Source of the DNA: Oscillospiraceae bacterium
GTDB taxonomy: Bacteria > Bacillota > Clostridia > Oscillospirales > Ruminococcaceae
Assembly (NCBI GenBank): GCA_017828885.1
Contig: JAGADP010000134.1
Span: 1 to 50,775 of the forward strand
Length of the DNA stretch: 50,775 nucleotides
Reading direction: 5' to 3'
Below the pieces are notes generated by a model. The model did no database searches. It was not told where the DNA came from and saw only the letters and a list, made by a program, of their open reading frames with translations. Of this stretch, positions 25,679 to 37,121 are shown piece after piece (the stretch's first letter is position 1; every line of letters begins with the position of its first letter). The position numbers were made by a program, and so were the translations under genes.

Positions 25679-26653
25679 ATGAAGAAACTAATCGTCAAGG
25701 GCTTTACCCTGATCGAGTTGATCGTTGTCATGGCCATCTTCATGGTGATCATGGTCGCAGCGATGTCCATGATGGAACCCGTGAGCAAAATGGTGACACT
25801 TGCCGACGTCCGTGAAAGCGGCGCCGCGCAGGTCAACTCCATCTCGAGTTTCCTCCAGTCTGAGCTTGGTTCTTCCGAGTACATGATGGTGACCAATCGT
25901 GTGTACAAGGACGGTTCTAACGAGATCAGCGACACCTCCTGCCAGAACCTCGTGAATCAGTACGTGACCCGCTATTACGAGGGCGTTCTCAAGAAGGGTG
26001 CGACCGTAGCGGCTCCTGCCTATGGCAAGGGCAAGGTCCACGTCATGACGATCGACAATGCCAACCACGGTATGATCACGACGCGTGTGTATGATGTGAA
26101 TTTCGCGCTGGGCGCACACTGCGGTGCTGCATCTGAGATCAACGACGCGGCGATCAACAAGGCATACTATGAGAACACAGAGTACCAGATCGACCTGGGC
26201 GGTAACATGATCAATACGGATATGAGCCAGCCCACATTCGATCCGACTGCGTTCCTGCAGAGCCTTTCTGCAACGGATACCACGTTCAACATCACTGCCA
26301 AGATGACCAGAGGTGCTGGCACAAGCAACCCAAAGACCTATGAGTTTACGACCACCTCGACTGTTCCGCTGGTCAACATCATGGAGAGACCTGGTCCTGT
26401 GACTGGTAAGTACTATGTCATCAGAGAGACCGGTACCGGCAGCAACTATGCAGCTGACATCGTTGACCTTGGCACGACGGTAAGCCTGGAAACACCGGCT
26501 CTGAATCCGGCTCACACGCTTACAAGAACATTCGGCGGCCTGTCTACCGTATCTTCGATCTGGGTAAACCTCGATTCGACACTGCCGACAGCAGGTCCCA
26601 CCAGTGCCTACACATTCGTATATTCCTACGGCAACGAGATGCTCACCAACTAA
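25679..26653 (+). CDS. type IV prepilin-like minor pilin (PilV-like)
   Basis: ORF 25631..26653. Start moved to ATG 25679. MKKLIVKG|FTLIELIVVMAIF is a canonical N-methylation motif. 324 aa. Confidence 0.85.
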   Translation: MKKLIVKGFTLIELIVVMAIFMVIMVAAMSMMEPVSKMVTLADVRESGAAQVNSISSFLQSELGSSEYMMVTNRVYKDGSNEISDTSCQNLVNQYVTRYYEGVLKKGATVAAPAYGKGKVHVMTIDNANHGMITTRVYDVNFALGAHCGAASEINDAAINKAYYENTEYQIDLGGNMINTDMSQPTFDPTAFLQSLSATDTTFNITAKMTRGAGTSNPKTYEFTTTSTVPLVNIMERPGPVTGKYYVIRETGTGSNYAADIVDLGTTVSLETPALNPAHTLTRTFGGLSTVSSIWVNLDSTLPTAGPTSAYTFVYSYGNEMLTN

Positions 26654-26657
26654 GCAT

Positions 26658-26705
26658 AAAAAATCGGCAGTCGGAAGATTGCTCCTCCGACTGCCGAGCT
26701 TTTTA
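26658..26705. terminator. bidirectional terminator between the pilin gene and pilD
   Basis: TCGGCAGTCGGA (26664-26675) / TCCGACTGCCGA (26686-26697), flanked by an A-run and a T-run. Confidence 0.75.
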
Positions 26706-26720
26706 GTGCATCATCCGGAC

Positions 26721-27608
26721 TCAGGGCTCGGATGCGATGCGTACCAGAATGGAACCATACCAATTGATCACCTGTTCGCCCCACAGTGCTCCGAGGAACA
26801 GTCCAGCGGCAAGCGCAGGTCCGAATGCGAATTTGGATTCGCCGCTGCGATGCTTATTGATCAGGCCCCATACGGCGGCGATCACAACACCAAAGAACAC
26901 GGCAGCAAGTGCCCCCTTCCAGCCGAGCAGTAAACCGCCGGCTGCCATGATGAGCGTATCGCCCAGCTCAATGCCGCGGCGGATCTCATCGGAACCGGTC
27001 TTCTTACGGATGATCGCTCCGCTGATCTCACCAATGATGAAGAACGGCACGCTGACACAAACCAGACCGATCAGATGCCCCAGAAGACCACAGTCGTCAT
27101 AGACGAAGAATTCCGGGTAGTACTTGAGGTTAGGGTAGTCCGGCAGAAGCGGGATGACGATGACCGGTATGGCCACGACCACAATCGCAGCAAGCAGACG
27201 AAGATCCATCTCCATCGTATCCCAGTCCATGAAGCCAAGGCAGATCAGGATCGAGAAGAAGAAGCAATACATCACTGCTTTGAAATTGAAGTCCATCACC
27301 GTAAAGGTGATCATGTAGATGATGCCGTTCAGGGCTTCCACGATCGGGTAGCGGGGGGAGATCTTTTCACCACAGTTTCTGCATTTACCATGCAGGATGA
27401 ACACCCAGCTGATGATCGGGATGATGTCGATCACCCGTATCTTGGCACCGCAGGTTGTACAGTGCGAAGCACGTTTGACCAGTGATTCATTTCTTGGCAG
27501 CCTGTATATGACAACATTTAAAAAGCTGCCAATACAGATACCATAGAAAAATACGATTGGGTAGAACATGAGGTAGAACCCGATGTCCATGTACTCGTTG
27601 TGAAGCAT
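26721..27608 (-). CDS. pilD: prepilin peptidase / N-methyltransferase (A24 family)
   Basis: N-terminal CTTCGAKI…CRNCGEKI zinc motif, multiple TM segments, and the Asp motifs GFMDWD and GDTLIMAAGG. Confidence 0.92.
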   Translation of the reverse strand: MLHNEYMDIGFYLMFYPIVFFYGICIGSFLNVVIYRLPRNESLVKRASHCTTCGAKIRVIDIIPIISWVFILHGKCRNCGEKISPRYPIVEALNGIIYMITFTVMDFNFKAVMYCFFFSILICLGFMDWDTMEMDLRLLAAIVVVAIPVIVIPLLPDYPNLKYYPEFFVYDDCGLLGHLIGLVCVSVPFFIIGEISGAIIRKKTGSDEIRRGIELGDTLIMAAGGLLLGWKGALAAVFFGVVIAAVWGLINKHRSGESKFAFGPALAAGLFLGALWGEQVINWYGSILVRIASEP

Positions 27609-27701
27609 TGTGTTTGCCCTCCTAAAATCGTGATATATATATTATAGCATACACAAGGTCATTTTACAAGTAGAAATATTAAAAAGTATGGAGGTTATCG
27701 T

Positions 27702-29384
27702 ATGAGAAACAACATTCGTATCGGTGATTACCTTGTTGAGCAGAAGCTGCTCACACAGGACCAGCTCGACCAGGTTCTGCAGAAGCAGAAGGAATCCCAG
27801 GGTTCCAAGCGCTTTGGCGAAATGGTAGTTGAGCTGGGCTTCATCTCCGAAGTCAGCCTGGCAAAGGCACTCGCAGCAAAGCTGAGAGTACCCTATGTTG
27901 ATCTTGGCAACATCGAGATCGACGAAGAGGCTGTCCGCAAGATCCCTGAGAGCCTTGCAAAGAAGCACACGGTTATCGCCATCAACATCCAGGGCCGCCG
28001 TCTTACGGTTGCTACGGATGACCCGATCAACTTCAACATCCTCGAAGACATCAAGATGCAGACCGGTATGGACACCATCCCGGTACTCGCTACGAAGTCT
28101 GCCATCAACAAGGCGATCGGTCAGCGCTACTCCATGGAGAACGTTGACAGCGTGCTTGAGTCTGTAACACAGTTCAAGGATGCGGAGATGGAGGATGAGG
28201 AGTCGAGGGACAGAGTAGAGAGCGCACCTATCGTAAAGCTCGCTACCACCATCATCGAGAACTCCTACCGTGCAGATGCAACGGATATCCATATCGAGCC
28301 GTTCAAGACGTACACCAGAATCCGTATCCGTGTAAACGGCGACCTGGTTGAGCTGATGAACGTATCCAACGTGGTACACAACGCTCTGACAACTCGTCTG
28401 AAGCTGATCTCCGGCATGAACATCGCCGAGAAGCGTATCCCGCAGGACGGCCGTTTCACCCAGACTGTAGACGGCACCGTGCTCGACGTCCGTGTATCCT
28501 CTCTGCCGACAGTAAACGGCGAGAAGATCGTTATCAGAATCCTGTCCACCGGTAACATTGCCCTGCGTAAGATCACTGACCTGGGTATGTCCGACTACAA
28601 CTATGAGCTCTTCGAGTCCATGATCAAGTGCCCGCACGGCGTTATCCTCGTTACCGGTCCTACCGGTTCCGGTAAGACGACCACCCTGTACGCTGCACTT
28701 GGTGAGCTCGCTAAGCCGCATGTAAACGTAATCACCGTTGAGGATCCGGTCGAGAAGGCTATCGACGGTATCAACCAGGTACAGGTAAATGCCAAGGCCG
28801 GTATGACCTTCGCAGCCGCCCTGAGATCCATCCTTCGTCAGGACCCGGATATCGTCATGATCGGTGAGATGCGTGACTCCGAGACTGCCGATATCGGTAT
28901 CCGTGCCGCTATCACAGGTCACTTGGTACTTTCCACGCTGCATACCAACGACGCTGCGTCCACCATCGTCCGTCTGGTAGATATGGGCGTTGCTCCGTAC
29001 ATGGTAGCAACCTCTCTGATCGGCGTTATCGCTCAGCGTCTCGTTAAGGTGCTCTGCCCGAAGTGCAAGCGCCAGAGAATGTCCACTGAGGAAGAGAACA
29101 AGCTGATGAAGCTTGATGATTACACGACCCCGATCCCGGTATTCGAGGCTACCGGCTGTCCGGAGTGCAACAACACCGGTTACAGAGGCCGTACCGCTAT
29201 TCACGAGATCATCCACTGCTCTGCCGGCATTTCCACCATCGTTGCCCGCAACGGCTCCAAGGAGGAGATCGAGGAGAAGGCAAAGGAGAACGGCACCAAG
29301 CTGCTTCGTGATAACGTTTCCGAGCTGGTACAGCAGGGCGTTACCTCGATGGACGAGCTGGTACGTGTAACCTACGCTGTTTGA
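27702..29384 (+). CDS. pilB: type IV pilus assembly ATPase (GspE/PilB family)
   Basis: N-terminal T2SSE_N/MshEN-like domain, Walker A GPTGSGKTT, Asp and His boxes, tetracysteine CPKC…CPEC. Confidence 0.95.
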   Translation: MRNNIRIGDYLVEQKLLTQDQLDQVLQKQKESQGSKRFGEMVVELGFISEVSLAKALAAKLRVPYVDLGNIEIDEEAVRKIPESLAKKHTVIAINIQGRRLTVATDDPINFNILEDIKMQTGMDTIPVLATKSAINKAIGQRYSMENVDSVLESVTQFKDAEMEDEESRDRVESAPIVKLATTIIENSYRADATDIHIEPFKTYTRIRIRVNGDLVELMNVSNVVHNALTTRLKLISGMNIAEKRIPQDGRFTQTVDGTVLDVRVSSLPTVNGEKIVIRILSTGNIALRKITDLGMSDYNYELFESMIKCPHGVILVTGPTGSGKTTTLYAALGELAKPHVNVITVEDPVEKAIDGINQVQVNAKAGMTFAAALRSILRQDPDIVMIGEMRDSETADIGIRAAITGHLVLSTLHTNDAASTIVRLVDMGVAPYMVATSLIGVIAQRLVKVLCPKCKRQRMSTEEENKLMKLDDYTTPIPVFEATGCPECNNTGYRGRTAIHEIIHCSAGISTIVARNGSKEEIEEKAKENGTKLLRDNVSELVQQGVTSMDELVRVTYAV

Positions 29385-29461
29385 TCTGTAAGCTATTGCT
29401 ATTCAGCGGCTTACAGTTTGGGTAGGCCGCTGCACTATATGATGTTTGGAGGAATATCGAA

Positions 29462-30529
29462 ATGGCGATTGAAATTAACCGCATCCTGAACGAAGCCCGT
29501 GCGATCGGCTGTTCGGACTTGCACTTCACCTTTGGTATCAACCCGATCGTTCGTCTGAACGGTATGCTGCGTAAGATGACCAAGTACGGTGAGATGGACG
29601 AGGAAGAGATCCTGGATATCGTTAACCAGATGACCAATGAGCAGCAGATGGCAAGCGTCCGCGCTCACAGAGACACTGACTTCTCGTTCCAGACAACCGC
29701 TGGCTACCGTCACCGTGTCAATGTATTTTTCCAGAGAGGCAAGACCGCTATTGCGATCCGTCTGCTCCGTAACGACATCCCGACGCTGGAGGATCTGCAT
29801 CTGCCGCCTGTACTGGCTGACTTCTCGATGCGTCCCCGTGGCCTTGTGCTCGTAACCGGTCCTACCGGTTCCGGTAAGTCCACCACGCTGGCCGGCATGA
29901 TCGACTACATCAATGTGCACAGAAGTGCTCATGTTATCACGATCGAGGACCCGATCGAGTACGTTCACACCCACAAGCTCTGCATGGTCAACCAGAGAGA
30001 GGTCGGCGACGACGTTCCGGACTTCGCACTGGCACTCCGTGCTGCACTTCGTGAAGACCCCGATGTTATCCTCGTAGGTGAGATGCGTGACTTCGAGACC
30101 ATCCAGGCCGCTATCACCGCAGCCGAGACCGGACACCTCGTACTTTCCACCCTGCATACCACCTCTGCCGCTGATACCATCAACCGTATCATCGACGTAT
30201 ATCCGGAGCATCAGCAGAACCAGATCAGAACCCAGCTCGCAAACAACCTCGTAGGCGTTATCTCCCAGACCCTGCTGCCGAGACTTGACGGCAAGGGCCG
30301 TGAGGCTTGCATGGAGATCCTGGCTGTAACTGACGCCTGCGCTGCCATGATCCGTGACGACAAGGTGCACCTGCTGCTGTCGGCTATCCAGTCCGGTAAG
30401 CAGTACGGCATGATGTGCCTCGACCAGGAGCTTGCCCGCTTCGTAAAGCGCGGTATCGTTTCTGAGCAGGCCGCCATCGAGAAGTGCCAGTCCAAGGCAG
30501 AGTTCTATCGTTACCTGAATGGTACCTGA
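29462..30529 (+). CDS. pilT: twitching-motility retraction ATPase
   Basis: 355 aa. GPTGSGKST, LREDPDVILVGEMRD, HLVLSTLHT. No N-terminal extension. Confidence 0.94.
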   Translation: MAIEINRILNEARAIGCSDLHFTFGINPIVRLNGMLRKMTKYGEMDEEEILDIVNQMTNEQQMASVRAHRDTDFSFQTTAGYRHRVNVFFQRGKTAIAIRLLRNDIPTLEDLHLPPVLADFSMRPRGLVLVTGPTGSGKSTTLAGMIDYINVHRSAHVITIEDPIEYVHTHKLCMVNQREVGDDVPDFALALRAALREDPDVILVGEMRDFETIQAAITAAETGHLVLSTLHTTSAADTINRIIDVYPEHQQNQIRTQLANNLVGVISQTLLPRLDGKGREACMEILAVTDACAAMIRDDKVHLLLSAIQSGKQYGMMCLDQELARFVKRGIVSEQAAIEKCQSKAEFYRYLNGT

Positions 30530-30541
30530 TCGACAAAACGC

Positions 30542-30571
30542 AAAGAGGAGGGGAGACCCTCCTCTTTTTTG
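30542..30571 (+). terminator. intrinsic terminator after pilT
   Basis: AGAGGAGGG / CCCTCCTCT followed by TTTTTTG. Confidence 0.8.
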
Positions 30572-30632
30572 TGCTATCTGACAGGATAACGCCCCCGGAA
30601 CTGTGCATTTCTACAAATCTGCCGTAAACCCC

Positions 30633-30663
30633 TTGACCCTGACGCTGCGTCATAGTGTATACT
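30633..30663 (+). promoter_or_regulatory. MerR-type promoter with 19-nt spacer and operator palindrome
   Basis: TTGACC (30633-30638), 19-nt spacer, TATACT (30658-30663). The palindrome TGACGCTGCGTCA (30640-30652) lies inside the spacer. Confidence 0.65.
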
Positions 30664-30686
30664 GAACTCACACGGGAGGTGAGACC

Positions 30687-31421
30687 ATGAGAACTGTCCA
30701 CGAAGTCAGCAAGCTGACAGGCGTGAGTATACGCACGCTGCAATACTACGACAAGATCGGGCTGCTTTCGCCCACGGAGCGCACCGAAGCGGGCTACAGG
30801 CTGTATGACGATGCAGCACTGGAACGGCTCGGGCAGATCCTGCTGTTCCGGGAGCTCGAATTCCCGCTGGCGGAGATCCGGGACATTCTCGATGCGCCGG
30901 TTTTTGACCGGGATCTTGCGCTCCGGCAGCAGATCGACCTGCTGATCCTCAAAAAGGAGCGCTTAGACCGTATCATAGGCCTTGCCCGTGATATGCAGAA
31001 AAAAGGAGAGATCACGATGGATTTCAAAGCATTTGACGAATCAAAGATCGAGGAGTATGCAACCCGCGCCAAGGCTGCCTGGGGCACCACAAAAGAATAC
31101 GCCGCCTATACAGAAAAAGCAGCCGGCAGGACAACAGAGGATTACAAGACCATAGCTGAGGGGCTTATGGCGATCTTCGCGGAGTTCGGTGCGCTGCGGG
31201 AACAGTCCGAGGATGCCCCTGAAGTGCAGGCGCTTGTGGTGAAGCTGCGCGACTACATCTCAGAGCACTACTACCCGTGCAGCAACGAGATGCTCGGCAA
31301 TCTCGGGAAAATGTACGCCGCCGAGGGCGAATTCCGCGAGAACATCGACAAAGCCGGCGGCAAAGGCACTGCCGCCTTTGCAAGCAATGCGATCGCGGTT
31401 TTCCTTGCCGCAAACAACTGA
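30687..31421 (+). CDS. MerR-family transcriptional regulator with TipAS-type effector domain
   Basis: The HTH is VSKLTGVSIRTLQYYDKIGLL. The C-terminal ~140 aa resemble the TipAS antibiotic-recognition domain. Confidence 0.88.
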   Translation: MRTVHEVSKLTGVSIRTLQYYDKIGLLSPTERTEAGYRLYDDAALERLGQILLFRELEFPLAEIRDILDAPVFDRDLALRQQIDLLILKKERLDRIIGLARDMQKKGEITMDFKAFDESKIEEYATRAKAAWGTTKEYAAYTEKAAGRTTEDYKTIAEGLMAIFAEFGALREQSEDAPEVQALVVKLRDYISEHYYPCSNEMLGNLGKMYAAEGEFRENIDKAGGKGTAAFASNAIAVFLAANN

Positions 31422-31547
31422 ACAGGTAAGACCCCGCGCAAATTCTGGCCAAAAACTGCGCGGGGGCTTGCATTTTCTGGAAAATCGTGCTATACTAAAT
31501 AGGTATTCTGCGAAAGGAGATGCACCGGGCTCCGGTGCTGTTACATC

Positions 31548-33920
31548 ATGCTGTTATCCATCCTCTCGCCGCTCGTTGCGGCTGTGTTATTCTATGCATT
31601 CGGCAACTACTGGCTCAGCCATGTCAAAAATCCCCCGGAGGTCAGCCTCCCGAAGCCGCTGGGCCGCCTTGCATCCGGCAAGCTCACCGGGAACATGCTC
31701 CTGCGCATCACTGGCGTGACGGCGGGCGCGGAGATCGTCCTGTTCGTGCTGCTGCATCTGCTGGTGAAGCTCGGCATGTACACGGAGGAGAGCCAGATCC
31801 CGGCCTATGCGCTGCTTCTGACGGCGGCGATCCCGTTTGCAGCGGCATTTGTCTGCTGCTTCATGCCCCAGAAGAAAAACACCGGGCGGTTTCTGCTGCA
31901 TCTGGGCGCATGGCTGGCGGTGCTGCTCTGTCTCGAGGTCTGCCTGTTCAACGGCAAGAGCTTTACCTCCGACAAGACGGCCACGACGCTGACCATCACC
32001 CCCAAGCTCGTGGAGGGCGATGAGCAGCCCGTCACGCAGATCAATGACGAGTACATCATCACCGGTGATGCGGAGCTCGAGCTGACCGGCATCCCGGACG
32101 GCACCCGTGGCATCATCGTCCGCATGGAGCAGGAGCAGGAGAAGGGCGCGCGCCTTGTCCACACCTGGCTCGACATGGAGGACGACAATTTCAAGTACAG
32201 CTATATCGTCACCTCGGACAAGTTCACGATGGCCTTCGACCGCGACGCGACCTTCACGATCGACCCCTACGGCCACGTTTACGGGCTTTTGCTGCACATC
32301 GGCTCTGTGACCGAGGATGTGACCGTGCATGAGGTCGTTGCCGTGCATGCGCTGCCGTTCCGGTTCTCGGCGCTGCGGTGCCTGCTGCTGCTGTTCGGCG
32401 GTGCGCTGCTGCTGGCGGTGCTCGACTTCCGTCTCTGGGAGAAGCGCTACACCCGCACCATCCCGCAGCGTGTGACGGTCTGCATCGTCACGGCGCTCTG
32501 CGTAGTCTCCACGGTATGCTTCTGGGCACCGAATGAGGAGCTCCAGGAGTACAAGCAGGGCGATGACTATACCTACTCCGACCCCTACACCCAGACCTTT
32601 GACGCCTTCCGCAAGGGGCAGGTCTATCTGGACATTGACGCAGACCCCGCCCTCGCCGACCTCGAGAATGTCTATGACAACAGCGAGCGCAAGGCGACCG
32701 GCGTGGAATACCGCTGGGATACGGCCTACAAGAACGGCAAGTACTACAGCTATTTCGGCGTGACGCCGATCATCGTGCTGTACTATCCGGTCTACATGAT
32801 GACAGGCAAGCTCCCGACTGTGCCGATCGCTGTCGATGTCTTTGCGACGCTCTCGTCGCTGCTGCTCTGTCTGGCGATCCTTGCGGCCGTCCGTCTGCTC
32901 GTGAAACAGCCGAATTTCCTGCTGCTTTTGCTGAGCCTTCCCACGGCGGTCTGCACCTCCTCGGTCTATACCTGCCTGCAATACACGGACAAGTACTATA
33001 TCGCCGTGTCCTCGGGCATGTGCTTCCTTCTGTTGACGCTCTGGCTCGGGCTATGGGCGTGCAGGGTACAGAAGCCGGTGCCGCGCTGCATCCTGCTGGC
33101 ATGCAGCGGCCTTTCACTGGCACTCTGCGCAGGCGCCCGTCCCACAATGGCGATCAGCTCGGCCTTGCTGATCCCGTTCTTCCTTGGCATTCTCCTGCGG
33201 AAGTCGAAGCCGCTCCCCGGCAGACTTCTGCTGACAGGCTGCTTCCTTGTGCCGATGATCGCAGGCATTGGCGGCCTGATGGCATATAACAACGCACGTT
33301 TCGGCTCGCCGCTCGATTTCGGTGCCGCCTACCAGCTCACCGTCAGCGACGTGCATGCCAACACGCTGCGGCTGGGACTGCTCCCGGCGGCGGTCAAGCA
33401 GTATCTCCTGCAAGCGCCGTTCCCGCGCACATCGTTCCCGTTCTTCGAGCCGATCAACTCGTCTCTGCGGAACTATGGCCGCTATTTCTACACGGATGCG
33501 ACCTACGGCGCCCTGTCGATGCCCGCGCTGCTGCTCGGCACGCTGCTCCTGCCGCTGGCTCTGCGGAGAGGCAGCCGTCAGACGACGCTCGGCATCACCA
33601 CGCTCCAGAAGCGCGCGGCGCTCGTGGTATGCTTTGTCGTACCGGTATTGCTGGCCTGGATGGATCTCTGCATCGGCGGTGTGAACCAGCGCTATGTCAC
33701 CGACATCCTGCCGCTCCTGACGATCGGCGCGGTGGTCGTGATGCTGCGCACGGTGGACGTCAAGCGCCATCTCTATCGCTACGGCATCGTCATCCTGAGC
33801 CTGTTCGTGACAATGGGCATGATCTGGCTGCTGATGATCGGTCTGCGCGACTGCACGCTCCTCCGCCACTGCCCGACCCTCTACGATGCCGCCGAGGACG
33901 CCCTCATCTTCTGGCACTAA
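31548..33920 (+). CDS. large polytopic membrane protein, possibly a GT-C-fold glycosyltransferase (function uncertain)
   Basis: 790 aa with more than 12 hydrophobic helices and a ~130-aa soluble insert after the first helices. The pattern YFGVTPIIVLYYPVYMMTGK resembles ArnT/PMT-type loops. ATG 31548 is the only in-frame start after a stop at 31500. Confidence 0.6.
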   Translation: MLLSILSPLVAAVLFYAFGNYWLSHVKNPPEVSLPKPLGRLASGKLTGNMLLRITGVTAGAEIVLFVLLHLLVKLGMYTEESQIPAYALLLTAAIPFAAAFVCCFMPQKKNTGRFLLHLGAWLAVLLCLEVCLFNGKSFTSDKTATTLTITPKLVEGDEQPVTQINDEYIITGDAELELTGIPDGTRGIIVRMEQEQEKGARLVHTWLDMEDDNFKYSYIVTSDKFTMAFDRDATFTIDPYGHVYGLLLHIGSVTEDVTVHEVVAVHALPFRFSALRCLLLLFGGALLLAVLDFRLWEKRYTRTIPQRVTVCIVTALCVVSTVCFWAPNEELQEYKQGDDYTYSDPYTQTFDAFRKGQVYLDIDADPALADLENVYDNSERKATGVEYRWDTAYKNGKYYSYFGVTPIIVLYYPVYMMTGKLPTVPIAVDVFATLSSLLLCLAILAAVRLLVKQPNFLLLLLSLPTAVCTSSVYTCLQYTDKYYIAVSSGMCFLLLTLWLGLWACRVQKPVPRCILLACSGLSLALCAGARPTMAISSALLIPFFLGILLRKSKPLPGRLLLTGCFLVPMIAGIGGLMAYNNARFGSPLDFGAAYQLTVSDVHANTLRLGLLPAAVKQYLLQAPFPRTSFPFFEPINSSLRNYGRYFYTDATYGALSMPALLLGTLLLPLALRRGSRQTTLGITTLQKRAALVVCFVVPVLLAWMDLCIGGVNQRYVTDILPLLTIGAVVVMLRTVDVKRHLYRYGIVILSLFVTMGMIWLLMIGLRDCTLLRHCPTLYDAAEDALIFWH

Positions 33921-34129
33921 GCGCGGAGCCCGCGCTGGCAGGTTGCTTCGCAGATTGAAAATGCACTGCTTCGTTTATCGCTTGCCCCCAATGCTTCGCA
34001 AAGGGGGCAATGCTGTTTTTTCTTCGCACATCGCAGCGAAAGCTGCTCCTGTTCCTGGCTTCGGGGTTTCAGACACGGATGCACTGCGTTCTTGATCTGC
34101 TAAGCAACCTGCCTGCCGGGTCTCCCGGC
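33921..34129 (+). repeat. structured intergenic repeat R2, copy A (full length, with terminal inverted repeats)
   Basis: Starts directly after TAA 33918-33920 with hairpin GCGCGG-AGC-CCGCGC. The left end (33921-33955) is the inverted complement of the right end (34095-34129). Internal hairpins are GCCCCC..GGGGGC and GCAGC-GAAA-GCTGC (34033-34046). Confidence 0.85.
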
Positions 34130-34332
34130 CGAAAAAGTGCGGATTATACCCATACATTCCCGTTATTTGCGATTGACAAATATGTAACATATTTAACAAA
34201 TTGCGGCAAAAGCCGTTTTTTTCTAATACGTTTCGTAAAAAACGACGGAAATTTAACGATATAGGCTTATCAAATTAAGCTACTTATACAATGTATCCCG
34301 AAGTGTGACATAATATTTGTCAAAATCGTCAA

Positions 34333-34361
34333 TTGCAAGCATGTGCAAAATAGGGTATACT
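34333..34361 (+). promoter_or_regulatory. promoter of glgP
   Basis: TTGCAA (34333-34338), 17 nt, TATACT (34356-34361). Confidence 0.5.
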
Positions 34362-34423
34362 TAATCTATGGGACTTTGCAGCCCTGTCTGCACCCCACAC
34401 CATAAGAAACCAATGGAAAGGAG

Positions 34424-36853
<2,430 letters not shown>

Positions 36854-36870
36854 GCAGTCATTTGTGAATA

Positions 36871-36911
36871 GAAGCGTGCTTGATTGCCTGCAATTGGGCA
36901 CGCTTTCTTAT
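36871..36911 (+). terminator. probable terminator after glgP
   Basis: GAAGCGTGC (36871-36879) / GCACGCTTT (36898-36906) followed by CTTAT. Long loop and weak T-run. Confidence 0.45.
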
Positions 36912-36988
36912 AGTACGAGGGTGATAGTCTGAATATCCTTGGATAGCACAGTCTATCATTTGTGCAGTGCTTTTCCTCCTCGATTTTT

Positions 36989-37080
36989 GAAAAAGCGGGT
37001 TGAGGGTGCGCAGCACCCCCATGATCCTCCCCCTTTGGGGGAGGTGCCGCCGATTGGCGGCGGAGGGGGCGGTTTGCAGC
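36989..37080 (+). repeat. G-rich intergenic repeat R1, copy 2
   Basis: GAAAAAGCGGGTTGAGGGTGCGCAGCACCCCC…GGGGGAGGTGCCGCCGATTGGCGGCGGAGGGGGCGG; compare 6461-6562. The ORF-track N-terminal extension of the GH13 gene translates it as PPLGEVPPIGGGGGG. Confidence 0.8.
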
Positions 37081-37121
37081 ACGCCTGTCCGAGAAAACAG
37101 TCTTTTCATAGGAGTGATCGT

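Noticed and set aside
22639-25935. 1098-aa ORF on the minus strand, the longest ORF in the window.
   Set aside because: It is antisense to the PilX-like gene and both pilin genes. It has no RBS, a Val/Arg/Asp/Cys-rich composition typical of reverse-frame translation, and no motif. The plus-strand genes have RBSs and pilin signatures. The same reasoning rejects 34361..36901(-), 36858..39038(-), 13226..15289(-), 20067..21560(-), 27642..29216(-), 42298..43911(-), 2194..3492(-), 31587..32981(-), 6609..7439(+), 7452..8168(+), 45885..46805(+), 46835..47875(+), 49145..50128(+) and 40569..41852(-).
18830-30529. The lower G+C of the pilus locus as evidence of horizontal acquisition or a genomic island.
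   Set aside because: Core genes in the same window (ackA, glgP, ybaB) share the same composition and codon style. No integrase, tRNA, direct repeats or other island borders are present. Expression-linked bias is the simpler explanation.
34140-34330. Palindrome-like sites upstream of glgP (TGTAACATATTTAACA and TGTGACATAATATTTGTCA) as possible cre/CcpA or CRP-type operators.
   Set aside because: Neither has the central CG of the cre consensus nor a good TGTGA-N6-TCACA match. The similarity is too weak to call by eye.
36939-37121. N-terminal 61-codon extension of the GH13 ORF, containing PPLGEVPPIGGGGGG.
   Set aside because: It is the translation of repeat R1 copy 2. The ATG at 37122 has an RBS and begins a normal GH13 N-terminal domain. 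Similar over-extensions were trimmed at 1980, 3888, 5538, 6365, 8195, 9570, 13214, 25631, 43914, 46826 and 50074.
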